Notes under the pieces: model-generated | Seen by the model: the letters and a program-made list of their open reading frames with translations, nothing else | The model's database searches: none | Told to the model about the DNA's origin: nothing | Shown: positions 1 to 11,347 of the stretch, one piece after another | Layout: each line of letters begins with the position of its first letter | How positions within the stretch are numbered: the first letter of the stretch is position 1 | DNA from: an uncultured virus (IMG/VR IMGVR_UViG_3300021387_000053) | Taxonomy: Duplodnaviria > Heunggongvirae > Uroviricota > Caudoviricetes | Length of the DNA: 64,000 nucleotides | IMG/VR virus record: IMGVR_UViG_3300021387_000053 | Strand: one strand, 5' to 3' | Position numbers and translations under genes: made by a program

Positions 1-1083
1 GGAATGGATGACGATGTGGCGGGATTCCTGCACAACGTTATGGTCTTCGACAAGGGAGACGCAAAGCTCTGCGCTAAGTGGCTGCCCTCGATTAATGCTT
101 CGTCCCCGGTTACGATTGCGAGAGCAAAGAGGATCGCATCTCTTTGGGGTCTCAACCAGAAGCAGTATCGTCAGTTCCTGACCTTATCAAGAAAGGGTGC
201 GAACCTTCTTGAGAACTATCTCCGCATGAAGGATTACACCTTCGATTATTCGAAGCTTCCTTCTCAGGCGATGATGAAGTACAAGAGGGCTTTCCTGCGG
301 AATGACTATGATCGGTACTGTAAGTATCTTGACAGTGTCGAAAAGGGAGAGCAGAAGATCAACACAAAGACTCTGACTCCTTATCAGATCGTTCATCAGG
401 CGGAGAATGCCGGTAACCCCGACGATGCGAAGGCTCTTGATGTGATGTGGAAGAATCTTCCTGATTACACAAACGGAGAGAATGCTCTGGTTGTCAGAGA
501 TGGATCAGGTTCTATGTACGGAACTCCGCTGGAGATTGCGACGAGTCTTGCGATTTATTTCGCAGAGCGGAATACGGGAGCTTTCCATAACTACTTTATG
601 ACTTTCTCTGAGAGTCCGAAGATGGTCAAGATTCCGAATCGGGATATTGCCGGTAAGGTCGATTATTGTATGAGGTACGATGACTGGACAAACACCGACC
701 TCGTGAAGGTATTTGATCTTCTTCTCAAGACTGCGATTAAGAACAATGTCCCGCAGGAAGAACTGCCGAAGACTCTGTACATTATTTCTGATATGGAGTT
801 TGACATGGCTTGCGGCAGACCAGACAGCACGATCTTCGAACATGCGAAAGAGATGTTTGAACTGAACGGCTACAAGCTGCCGACAGTCGTGTTCTGGAAG
901 GTATCTTCTATTACGGATACGAACCCGGTAAAGATGGATGACACGGGAGCAGTTCTTGTCAGCGGAAGCAGTCCGACTGTATTCCAGATGGTGATCGAGA
1001 ATAACACCAATCCGTATGAGTTTATGAAGAAGGCTCTGTATTCGGAACGGTACGCTCAGGTTACCTTGCCTTTCGGATATTAA
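1..1083 (+). CDS. DUF2828-like protein with C-terminal vWA domain (TROVE/Ro60-related), probably 5'-truncated by the window edge
   Basis: MIDAS-like DGSGSM, AKWLPS, YSKLPSQAM and IISDMEFD motifs; frame open from base 1; TAA stop. Confidence 0.75.
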   Translation, partial: GMDDDVAGFLHNVMVFDKGDAKLCAKWLPSINASSPVTIARAKRIASLWGLNQKQYRQFLTLSRKGANLLENYLRMKDYTFDYSKLPSQAMMKYKRAFLRNDYDRYCKYLDSVEKGEQKINTKTLTPYQIVHQAENAGNPDDAKALDVMWKNLPDYTNGENALVVRDGSGSMYGTPLEIATSLAIYFAERNTGAFHNYFMTFSESPKMVKIPNRDIAGKVDYCMRYDDWTNTDLVKVFDLLLKTAIKNNVPQEELPKTLYIISDMEFDMACGRPDSTIFEHAKEMFELNGYKLPTVVFWKVSSITDTNPVKMDDTGAVLVSGSSPTVFQMVIENNTNPYEFMKKALYSERYAQVTLPFGY

Positions 1084-1139
1084 GTAATCCTCTCCAAAAG
1101 GAATGCCGTGGGAAACCGTGGCTTCCTCTTGGTTTATTT

Positions 1140-1221
1140 GTCCGAATGGCGAAATAGGCAGACGCAGCGGACTTAAAATCCGCTGTCGTAAGGCGTGTGG
1201 GTTCAAGTCCCACTTCGGACA
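1140..1221 (+). tRNA. tRNA-Leu(UAA)
   Basis: Acceptor GTCCGAA/TTCGGAC, D arm GGCGAAATAGGCAGACGC, anticodon arm GCGGA-CTTAAAA-TCCGC, long variable arm, T loop TTCAAGT, discriminator A. Confidence 0.95.
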
Positions 1222-1238
1222 CTTTTAGTTGCGGTTAT

Positions 1239-1326
1239 GGATCAGTAGCTAAATGGTGATAGCCACGGTCTTATAAACCGTACGCCCTAACAAGGTATAA
1301 TCCTGGTTCGACTCCAGGCTGATCTA
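1239..1326 (+). tRNA. tRNA with UAU anticodon (nominally Ile) and long variable arm
   Basis: Acceptor GGATCAG/CTGATCT, anticodon arm ACGGT-CTTATAA-ACCGT, about 20-nt variable region, T arm CCTGG-TTCGACT-CCAGG. Confidence 0.85.
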
Positions 1327-1447
1327 CTCCTGATTTATTTTAAAAGACATATTAGGGACGAGCCATCTTGTTAAAGCCGTAGTCCGTGGCTAAATAACGG
1401 AAGGTGTGGCTCACGGCAGACTGTTGGGAGAAGGCTTGGTCTGTTTT

Positions 1448-1519
1448 GGTCTCTTAGCTCAATGGTAGAGCATCACGCTGTTAACGTGAGGGTTCTGTGT
1501 TCGAGCCACAGAGAGACCG
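1448..1519 (+). tRNA. tRNA-Asn(GUU)
   Basis: Acceptor GGTCTCT/AGAGACC, anticodon arm TCACG-CTGTTAA-CGTGA, T arm CTGTG-TTCGAGC-CACAG. Confidence 0.9.
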
Positions 1520-1630
1520 CTCAATCCTGTAATAGCCAGAGATAGTATGGACTCTAAGGACGCTCTTTAAAGTTGTTTACGGTAGTTTGAATAACCTTCG
1601 CTGTGGCGAAGTAAAACAGCCACAGAATAT

Positions 1631-1701
1631 TGGGGATTATCCCAGAAGCAAGGAGTCTGGCTTTGAACCAGAATAAGTAGGGGCAGTACCTACATCCCCA
1701 G
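1631..1701 (+). tRNA. tRNA-Gln(UUG) with atypical D and T loops
   Basis: Acceptor TGGGGAT/ATCCCCA, anticodon arm TCTGG-CTTTGAA-CCAGA, T arm GTAGG-GGCAGTA-CCTAC. Confidence 0.75.
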
Positions 1702-1729
1702 TTACGTTGTAATTAAAGGGGGCTTTGAT

Positions 1730-1993
1730 ATGTTCGAACAGGCTGGCAGAAGCAGAGCGTATAGACGTAGACAAAAGTACCTGAAGGACAAAAGACGCAA
1801 ATAGATCGCCCAGTATCCCGGTTGGTATAACAGGAACTTCTATTTTAACGAGGAGCGGGTGAACCACATCCAATGGCTCGACTACAGCGACACGAAGAGC
1901 TTTTACAAAAAGTGTGCGAGACGGGCATGGAGAAGAAGTAATGACGATCATCCGAAAGGTTGTCTTTACAAAAAGTATTACACTGTGGATTAA
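1730..1993 (+). CDS. Small basic hypothetical protein (87 aa, one in-frame TAG at 1802)
   Basis: AGGGGG SD, ATG 1730, open to TAA 1991-1993 if TAG is read through; absent from the ORF track. Confidence 0.6.
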
Positions 1994-2010
1994 AAGGGTG
2001 TGAAGGAATA

Positions 2011-3261
2011 TTGGAAGCAAACTTCGATGTGTTGGATAAAGAAGGTAAGAGACAGCTTGTCTCCGATATATAGAATAAGAAGTCAGGTGTCTCCGATTAT
2101 GACTGGTCGGAGATTGTAAATAATTATGGACTCCAGATGAGTCCAGACACCTTACGAAAAGCCGGCGTTGGCATCGCATTAGCTGACGAGGCTGGTGTAC
2201 TGAAGTTCAGGGATTCGTCCTCAGAAGAAGTGGTTAAAGCCAAGGATGGAGTTGCAGCAACAATCCCAGAAGCAGACACAAATGGTTTTATAGAACGGCA
2301 GAAGATTCGTGATCTCCGTACAGAGATTCGTGCGGAACTTCGTGCCGAATCTAGAAGCCAATCTTTACAGGAAGTAGTCGCTGAAGCGATTAAGAATTTA
2401 AAGCCGATTAATGTTGAGCGGATAATTCCGTGGAGTCCGGTAGACGAGGAGAGTCGTTCTCTTGTCGTGGCTCTTGGTGATTTCCATTACGGTTCTGAAT
2501 TTACTGTTTGCGGGTTGGATGGAGATTGTTTGAATCTCTATAATCCCGCAACGTTTGAACAGCGGATGGGAAATCTTTTGGTACAGCTTGAGGAGATTAT
2601 CGAGAAAGAAAAGATTAATACCGTTGAAGTTATGTTGGTTGGAGATTTGATTGACGGAATGTTAAGAGATTCTCAGCTTATGAGATTGAAGTACGGGATT
2701 GTTGATTCTACGATTCACCTTAGCGAGTATCTTGCTGTCTGGCTTACAAGGCTGTCGAGTTATGTGAGTGTTGTGAAAGTACATGCGTGTACCGGCAACC
2801 ACTCAGAGATTCGTCCGCTTGGATCAAAAGCAAGACAGTTTGAGGAAGAAAATATGGAGCGGATTATTATGTGGTATCTTCAGGAACGGCTGAAGGTTCA
2901 CCCGAACATTATTATTAATCCGAATACGAATAGACGAGTATTGGCAAAGGTTCAAGGTTATAACTTTTTACTGCTCCACGGTGATGGAGCTTCATATAAG
3001 AATATTTCAGATATCGCAAGAGATACTGTTAATCTATATGGAACGCCGATAGACTTCTTTGTTTGCGGACATCTGCACAATGAAGTGACGATGCAGTCAG
3101 GTATGACGAAGGATGGCAGGAGCTATATTGTTCGTGTTCCTTCTTTATGCGGGGTTGACTGCTATGCTCAGAGCAAAGAACTGGGTGGACAGCCCGGGGC
3201 AGTGGCAATGGTTATTGAGAAAGGATACGGCAGGAAGTGTGTGTATCCGATCATTCTGTAA
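2011..3261 (+). CDS. Calcineurin-like metallophosphoesterase / nuclease (TAG at 2071)
   Basis: GDFHYG, GDLIDG, GNHSE, HGD and GHLH motifs; N-terminal DWSEIV..YGL..PDTLRK segment joins across the TAG from TTG 2011. Confidence 0.8.
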
Positions 3262-3349
3262 AGAGTTATCAGAGACGTAAGTCTCGCCACAGGAGATACC
3301 CGTATCATCTGTGGTTACAAAACAGGAGAGCGTAAGTTCTCCTTTATAT

Positions 3350-3420
3350 TGCAGAAAAGAGCAATGGAAGTTCGTATGCCTCATAAGCATAAGGTGAAGG
3401 TTCGAGTCCTTCTTCTGCAT
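3350..3420 (+). tRNA. tRNA with CAU anticodon (Met or Ile2)
   Basis: Acceptor TGCAGAA/TTCTGCA, anticodon arm TATGC-CTCATAA-GCATA, T arm GAAGG-TTCGAGT-CCTTC. Confidence 0.8.
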
Positions 3421-3426
3421 CTTATA

Positions 3427-3462
3427 AGCCTCGAAGGGAATAAAACCTTCGGGGCTTTTCTT
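3427..3462 (+). terminator. Intrinsic terminator
   Basis: AGCCTCGAAGG/CCTTCGGGGCT hairpin followed by TTTCTT. Confidence 0.65.
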
Positions 3463-3483
3463 ATACCAAAAGGGGGAAAGCAA

Positions 3484-4380
3484 ATGGCAGGAAATAGACA
3501 ATCGCTTGTCGGCAAGTACTGTATCAAATGCGGCAAAGTTCTTCCTCTTGGAGATTTCGCTATGAACAAAGAATGGAAATCCCAGTCTTATCATGACATC
3601 TGGTGTAAAGAGTGTGCAAAGAAATCTCTGAAGACGAAAGAAGATGTCGTAAGGTACTGCTATGAAAACAACAGGCACTGGGAAGATAAGTATTGGGAAG
3701 CTTGTAAAGTAAAAGCGCAGAAGACAATGTCTACGAGTGATCTGATTCTGAAGGCTACTGACGAGACAAAACGTCAGAAGGCAGCGATCCAGATCGTAGC
3801 CCAGACATGGCTTTCGATCATGAATAATGTAGCGTACTACCAGTACGAGGATCATGACGAAGCTTCGACTACTGCGCTGAATAATCCCGAAGCATAGACA
3901 GACTCGCCCGAAACTTCTGAGAAGCCCAAGTGGGATAAGACGTGGAGAGGTTATTATACGGACAGTCAGATCAGAGAATAGAGCGAAGCCTTTGACGGAT
4001 ATGTTAAGGCTTACGGAATTGATATGAATGACTTGAACCTTGTTGACTCGACACGGAAACTTCTGAAGGCTTCATTGAATGCGGATATCGCTGACGATAA
4101 GTTCAGGCGTGGAGAAATTAATATGCAGGAGTGCAAAGCCGCACACGCTCTATATGAGGAATATTCCAAGATGACAACGTTCGCCGCCTGTGTTCAGGCT
4201 AAGAACAAGGTCGGTGTTACTGACGAGGATTCGCTTGGAGTGATTATCGAGAGACTGGAATCGACTGGACTCCTAGGGGACAATGACTTTACTTTTGAGC
4301 CGGATCAGGTTGACATGATTATTTCTGACTTCCGTCATACTATTGCCGCTGTCGGCACATCGATTGGTGGTTATGAGTGA
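3484..4380 (+). CDS. Zn-finger protein upstream of terminase (possible small terminase), 298 aa, TAGs at 3895 and 3979
   Basis: CIKC...WCKEC motifs; two track ORFs join in frame; its TGA overlaps the terminase ATG. Confidence 0.7.
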
Positions 4381-6098
4381 TGGAGCAGTTAAATAAAGAA
4401 ATACCAGCGGCTGAAGCCAGACCCCCTATTGAGGTCTGCGGAATAGAGATCAAGAACTTCCAAGCATGGCGAAAACAAATCTGGTTCTGGCGTACCCATC
4501 TTGATATCTTTATTATGGAATACTTTGGTATCGAGTAGAAGGATACGCAGAGAATCGAAGCTAGAGAGATCGGCAATTGCGCCAGATCTCTTTTAACTCA
4601 GTCTCGTGGTTACGGCAAAACATGGATTACCGCATTGTGTGCTTGCGCTCTGGCTGTCCTATATCCCGGAAGCATGATTGCAGTTGTCTCCGGCACAGCA
4701 CAACAGGCAACACTGGTTCTGAAAAAGATTGATGACGAGTTGATTAAGATCCCGAATATTCTGCGAGAGATCGAAGCCAAGAACCATTCTCCCGTTCAGG
4801 TGAGTAATGAGAAGGGCAGATGCAGATTTAAGAACGGATCTAAGATTGAGTCTTATTCTATGCGGAGTTTCCTTGGTAACCGTGCAAAGATTATTATCGT
4901 CGACGAAGCCCCTGAAGTGAAGAAGAAGGATATCGAGAAAGTCGTTAACCCTGTTCTGAACACGACCCGTATGGTTAGCCATCAGGCGCACTTCGAGGAT
5001 TATGATTCTAAGATGATCAGTATTACTTCCGCATGTTTCAAGTCCAGCTACTATTATACTTCCTTTGTTAATGCTCTGAATAAAATGTCAAAGCTTGACC
5101 GGGAGAGTAAAGACTACTTTGCTTGTGCTTAGGATTATAAGTCAGCTTAGAGACTTGGGCTTGCGAGAGAGAAGTTTATTGAGGAGCAGAGAGATAGTCT
5201 TCCGCAGCAGACATTTGAAATGGAGTACGGAGCTATCTTTAAGGGATCAGAAAAGGGAGCAGTCTTTCCGCATGAGTTGACTGAACCTTGTCGTGTCCTT
5301 GAGAATGTCGAGTTAACTCAGCCCCCGAAGTCTACTTCGGAATATGTGATCAGTGTTGACTTGGCTACCTCTCAGGCAAAGGACGCTGACAACGCAGCTA
5401 TCTGTGTTCTGAAGCTGATCGAGCGTGAGGACGGAACATATCTCACCCGGCTTGTTCAGATTAGAACTTTCCACGGTCGAGGACTTGATAAGTTAGCTGA
5501 GGAAGTCAGGAGACTTCTCGTGTCTTTCCCGAACACGATTAAAGTTGTATTCGACCATCGTGGTCTGGGTGATGCGTTCCCGCTGTTCTTATCGGAGCCG
5601 TGGATTGATCCTGTTACGAGGAAAGAGTATCCGCCACTTGTTGTGGATACGGAACACTCAACGATCAGGAATGCAGTTCCGCTTCTTCGTCCTGTTGTTG
5701 CGGATAATAAACTGAACCAACAGTTGGTTACCGTGACTACTGTGAATCTTGAGCAACGGAAGATCGAATTGCCTGTCTCCAGCAGAAAGCTTGTCGAGGA
5801 CAGACTTATCGAGGAAGACGATGAGGGCAGGACGATTAAGAGCCGCACCCTGACGAAAGAAGAGAAGGCGATCTTCCTTGAAGCCGATGCATTACAAGTG
5901 GAGCTTGGACAGATCGTAGCCAAAGAGACTGTTGCCGGAAACGTTATATACGATACGGCAAAATATAATCAGCATAAAGACCGTTACTCTGCACTTTCTA
6001 TGGGACTGAGATATATCTCAGAACTTGAGAACAAGCGGATACAAAAGATACGCAATGGCGAAGTCGATGACATTGGCATTGTCGGAACTTGGAATTAA
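4380..6098 (+). CDS. terL: Terminase large subunit, 572 aa, TAGs at 4536, 5130, 5148
   Basis: Walker A SRGYGKT, Walker B IIIVDEA, coupling motif ITSA, nuclease ISVDLA and HKDRYSAL in one frame broken only by TAG. Confidence 0.93.
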
Positions 6099-6111
6099 GG
6101 AGGAGAGGCGT

Positions 6112-7803
6112 ATGGGAATCTTTGACATTTTCAGACGGCCTAAAGAAGTACCTTCTGTTGTCCCAGATGGTACGGAATAGAGGATGAACGGTGAAGTTGC
6201 CTTCGACCCGAACGCAGCTCCAACGATTACTTTCAACAATCCTGTTATTCAGGGACGTGGATAGGTAAGGAATAAGATTTCTTATGAGACCATCCTGAGT
6301 AATAAAGAATTATATATTTATGACTAGTTTGCATAGAGTGATTACTACGTTGACGCAGACCCTATATATCGTGGATTAATTAAACAAGTATATACTCCGT
6401 TTAGTATAGCTGACCCTTGGAAACTAATTGGGGCAAACGAAGAAGTAAAGCAGAAGTATGAGAAGTATTACGAGAGGATTCGACTCCGTGAAAAGATGGA
6501 GAGCATCTTCTACCAGTACCATAAGTACGCTAATGTGTATATTTATTAGTTTAGTGATGGTCGTTTGATTACACTTCCCCCTGAATATATCAGGATTGCA
6601 AATATCGCAGTTGACTTCGAGCCTATGCTTGAATTCGACTGCACAAAGCTTCTGGCTAATCTTGGGTTACAGCGCAGTAATTTATCTGCGGAAAATTATC
6701 TGAAAGACAGTGACATTAATCTGAGACTTGCGGGTTATCCCCCGGAGATCGCAGAGGGTGTCAGGAACGGAAAGAAATTCGTTCAACTGAATCCGCATAA
6801 CACATTCACCTTTCAGGACACTAAGGAAGACTGGATGAGGTATGCGATTCCGATGATCGCTGCGTGTCTTCTCCCGCTGAAAAAGAAGTCAATTATCAGT
6901 GACTGGGAAGACAGCAACTTAAAGCTCGGTACTCGAAGCTTCCTGCATGTTAAGTACGGTGACCCTGACGGGGACGTACTCCCGAACAAGGAACAGTAGG
7001 GTAAAGTATTCGAGACATTCAAACGGGCTATGCAGGGATCTGCTCTTGCGGTAACTAACTCATGGGCAACCGCTGAGTTCAAGCAGCCGGACTAGGATGA
7101 GATTTTTCACTTCGATAAGTATAACAGTGTCAACTCACAGATTCTTTCTGCGGGTGGTATCTCTGAGATTATCGTAAGCGGACAGACCACAACCAGTGCG
7201 ACATTTGCGACGGCTCAGGTTTCCATGCAGACGGCTGCAATTCGTATCAGAAAAGCACGAGATAAGTTCTGCGAGATTATGAACAAGATAAATGAGAGAC
7301 TGAACGAGCGTGGCTTCACTGCTATTCCTCACAGTGCACCCGATCAGATCCCTCAGTTTACTTTCCCGCCTGTAGATCTTGCTGGTACAAAGCAGTTCCA
7401 GGAAATCTGCACGAAGCTCTATGACAAAGGAGTCATCTCCAAAAAGACTCTGCTTCAGACTCATGGCTTTGACATTGATCAGGAAGTGGAGCGCAGGAAG
7501 GAAGAGAAGCGAACCGGGGTTGACGAAGTATTGGTTGATCCCAGTTTAGTTGAGACTCCTTCCGATAATACGACTGAGTCGGTAAATAATGAGCCAGAAA
7601 ACAGGGAAGGCTATGAGGCTTATCGTCGTAACGGTAAGACTTATTACCGCAAATCCCGTACTAAAAATAGTGACTCAGATGAGGAGAATCCAAGAGGCAG
7701 ACCGACTGAAGACTATAACGAGCGCACAAGCGATCCCGCTAAGTCTCAGACCGGGAGACAGCCCAAGCCTTCGAACCCGTCAGGTTCTGAAGCGCAGACA
7801 TAA
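6112..7803 (+). CDS. Portal protein, 563 aa, seven TAGs (6178, 6262, 6325, 6334, 6547, 6997, 7093)
   Basis: Follows terL; GGAGGAG SD; continuous frame; FDKYNSVNSQILSAGGIS and LYDKGVIS portal-like motifs. Confidence 0.85.
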
Positions 7804-7910
7804 GATATTTTTAAAGGCGAGTTATACTCCCTTAGAAGTATAAATTCCATCTTACCGAAAAATAAGACCGCCTATTATTTTAGGTGAGAAGGAAAGGAAT
7901 GTGACAGCAA

Positions 7911-9320
7911 ATGGATAGTCGGAATAGTATGTTTGTTCTGGCTTCTGATGTTTTGCTGGCCGAACAGCAGACTAATAACCAATTCATGTCAGTGAAGATG
8001 CGTATGTAGTCTACGAATGGGAACAGAAATGAACAGGGTGTTACAGAAGCATTTATTGACGAGATTGTTGCGAACCCTGAGAAATATGACTGTACTCCTC
8101 TGTACGCAGATAAGATGAATCTTTAGGCCGGAAGGTACGAGCAGCTTGGACATAAGTTTAATCGTATTACACATACTTTCGGGACTGACCAGATTGGGAG
8201 TTTCGCTCTCAATTCTTTTGAAAAGGTAAAGGATGAGTTTGGCACATGTTTATACGGAGAAGTTAGAATTCCGAAAAGAGAATCCGATATCTGTGCAGCA
8301 GTGAAGGAAATGTATGACAAAGGAATTTTATGCTTTTCCTTTGAGTTGACGTATGATCCCGATCACGTAATTTATGACGGCAAAGTTATGTATGTAGATG
8401 CCGCAGAAACAAATACGTTAAACGGGATGGCAATCGTCTCTGTACCCGCATATCCTGAAGCGGTTGCTCTTGATTAGGTTGCGGAAGCAGAAGCGGAGCT
8501 TACGGACAATACTGAACCGACTCAAATTATCAGCGAAACAGTAGAGAAGTCTGGGACAGATACAAACGAGGTGAACGAAGAAATGGACAAAGTGAATGAA
8601 GCGAATGCTTCTACTGTCGAAGAAGTAATGATAGACACCGCAAGTGAACAGACTGTTGAGCGTGTATCTGATTTTGAAGACGAACCCAATGTGGCTGCTG
8701 AAGCTAATGCTGCCGTTGACGAGAAAGGCGAAGAGGTAAAGCCTGAAGACAATACGGAAGAGCAGAAGAAAGAAGAAGCTTCCGCAGAGGAAGCCCCCGC
8801 TAATGAGGACGAGAAGAAAGAAGAGACTCCCGAAGAAAATAAGGAAGAAGCCAAGGCTGAAGAAGTCAGTGACAGACCTCCTGAAATGAATCGGGTTATC
8901 GAAACAGTCGAGGAAACTTACGTGACTCGTATTACTCGGATGCAGGAAACTATTGCGGAACAAGAGTCTATGATCGCAAGTCTTCAGGAAAAGGTCAAAG
9001 ACTATGATGCAATTCAAGCCGAACTGAATCAATATAAAGAAGCCGCCCAGAAGATGGAGCATGATCAGAAGCTGAATAAGGCTACTGTTTATGCGGAAAC
9101 TATGGGGCTGAATGTTGAAGATGAAGAGGTTAAATCGGCGATTGCTTCTCTGGATTATGAGAAGCTTGCAGATCTCAGTGTAGCAGTGGCACAGGCTGCC
9201 AAGAAAGCTACAGAAGAATCTGAAAATAAAGATCAGTCCAATCCCGTTGGTCAAATCTTTTCCAGTTATGCTGGGATTATTGATGATATGACTTTCGGTG
9301 GAATTATTTCTGGACGGTAA
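7911..9320 (+). CDS. Prohead protease with acidic coiled-coil scaffold, 469 aa, TAGs at 8007, 8124, 8475
   Basis: LGH, FSFEL and GMAIVSVPAY protease-like motifs; Glu-rich C-terminal half. Confidence 0.8.
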
Positions 9321-9343
9321 ATAAAAGAATGAGGTGAAACACT

Positions 9344-9787
9344 ATGGCTGGATTTATGAAAAGATAGGATGGTCACGTATATGATGGTCATCATGTCGCA
9401 GCTGAAACGCTTGAGAATGGCGTATTCGTAAAGATCAACGATGAGAATAAGGTTGCAAAGCTTGAAGCCGGAGACAACACTGACGCAGCTAAGTGCGTTA
9501 TGCGTATGGAGAACAAGTATTATCAGTGGGGTCTGTATTTCCTCGCTATGAATGTTCTTGTTAATAATGCTGAGAATCTCTGGTTCACGGAGAATGACTG
9601 GCAAGTTGATGACACTCTGGAATATGATGAGACCAAGTATGCCGTTGCCGCTGGCAAGTACGTGAAGATGCGTCAGCCTGTCAAGGGCGATATGGTTTAC
9701 ATGAGTGTCGACAAGGCCCTGTACGACACCGTCGAAGCCGGCGATAAGATGAAGCCCGTCGCTGGCGGTACTGTTGCCAAGGCTTAA
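9344..9787 (+). CDS. Head decoration / minor capsid protein, 147 aa, TAG at 9365
   Basis: GAGGTG SD; lies between scaffold and major capsid; strongly biased codon use. Confidence 0.7.
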
Positions 9788-9819
9788 TAATTAACAAAAC
9801 AATATCGAGGTGAAAACAT

Positions 9820-10845
9820 ATGTCTGATATTATTATCCGTCGTGACGATCCTGCGGTAAAGATTATGGTCGCAGAGACCCGCAAGGAACGTATTGACTCT
9901 GGTGATTTAGATAAGCTGAATAAATAGCTTCAGGTGATTGCGGAAGATCCCAATCCCATGAATATGCATGCACTGGCTCAGCTGGTTGGTTTCTCTGTGG
10001 ACGAACTGGTTAAGCCCATGAGCGATTTCCTGAATCGCATTGCTGACTATAAAGTTCTGGGTGTGAACGACACTCCTAAATTTACTGTTGGTCTGGAAGG
10101 CATTCAGGCTTATATCCAGGCTATGGGTTCTACGACTCCTCGTAGCCGTATCGCTCACAAGACCATCACTCTTGACTCCCTGACTGTGTCCGCTCGTCCT
10201 TTCATGACGATTGCCGACATTAATCGTGGTGTGGTTAAGATGGCTGATCTTGTGTCTGATGCCGCCGTGAAGATGGAGAACGCCAAGCTCGGTTATATCC
10301 GTGAAGTTCTCGAAGCCAACTATAACAACGCTGGCACTCTGACCGCAGGTTCTCCCTTCTATGCTGAAGGCACTGGCGTTCTGAAGTCTGGTATCGATCC
10401 TCTGATTCGTCACTGGATGCGTTATGGTGGTGTGGGTATCGTTGGTGATATTGAGACCACTCAGCAGCTTGCTGAACTGACTGGCTTCAAGACTGTCGAG
10501 AATCCTGCTACCCAGCAGTTCGCTGACAACATTATCCTTGAACAGAACCAGAACGGCTACATTGGTCGTTATCTTGGTGCTGACGTGGCTACGATGATGA
10601 ACCCCTATAAGGACGGCAGCATCTCTGAGACTGTCCTTGATCCCAAGGTTATGTTCATCTTCCCGACCGCTGCTTCTGCTGATATGCGTCCGCTCAAGGT
10701 CTTTACCAAGGGTCCGGTGCAGTCTATGGAAGCTCGTCACATCGACGATCTCACTTGGGAAATCCGTCTGGATCAGGAATTTGGTTGCGGTTTCGTGTAT
10801 GGCGAACAGCCCTATATGTCCGTGTACAAGGATCTGTCCAACTAA
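9820..10845 (+). CDS. Major capsid protein, 341 aa, TAG at 9925
   Basis: Position, size, strong codon bias, downstream terminator. Confidence 0.85.
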
Positions 10846-10856
10846 GTTAATACTAC

Positions 10857-10895
10857 GGGGACTGCTGAGTTTCCCTCGGCAGTCCTCTCTTCTTT
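10857..10895 (+). terminator. Intrinsic terminator after capsid gene
   Basis: GGGGACTGCTGAG/CTCGGCAGTCCTC hairpin plus TCTTCTTT. Confidence 0.7.
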
Positions 10896-10910
10896 AGAGG
10901 AGTGAAGGAA

Positions 10911-11333
10911 ATGAATAGTGATAAAATTCGTGTGCGGAATAACACAACTTTTGATATTGCTGTCAAAATGCTTGATGAAAAAGAACGACTGATTAAGGCG
11001 GGATCTTTTCTTCCGATGACTAAGGACGAGATTGATTATCTGTCTTCTATTTGTTCAGTTTTTTCTTCCAATCATCTAACTATTGAAAATCCCGAAGAAG
11101 CCAAAGAGATTCTTGAGGGCAGCGGTATTGTTATGGAAGAGAATCCTGTGTTCATGGATGACGATGATATCAGGAAGCATCTCCGGGCTTCTGCTGCTAA
11201 TGTCAAGAAGTGGCTCGACGAAATCGAGTTTGACCGGGTTCTGTTTAGTAGGATTGAACGGATCGCTACCGAAATGGATCTTCCTGCAAGCAAGATGAAA
11301 GTCGTTGATGCGAAACTCCACGGCGGAGAATAA
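10911..11333 (+). CDS. Hypothetical head-associated protein
   Basis: ORF with SD directly after capsid gene. Confidence 0.7.
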   Translation: MNSDKIRVRNNTTFDIAVKMLDEKERLIKAGSFLPMTKDEIDYLSSICSVFSSNHLTIENPEEAKEILEGSGIVMEENPVFMDDDDIRKHLRASAANVKKWLDEIEFDRVLFSRIERIATEMDLPASKMKVVDAKLHGGE

Positions 11334-11347
11334 AGGAGCGAAAGAGA

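Noticed and set aside
1545..1570. GGACTCTAAGGA resembling an amber suppressor anticodon loop in the tRNA cluster
   Set aside because: No anticodon stem, T arm or acceptor stem can be formed around it.
3349..3483. N-terminal 45 aa of track ORF 3349..3897
   Set aside because: It overlaps the CAU tRNA and a terminator; the SD-supported start is ATG 3484.
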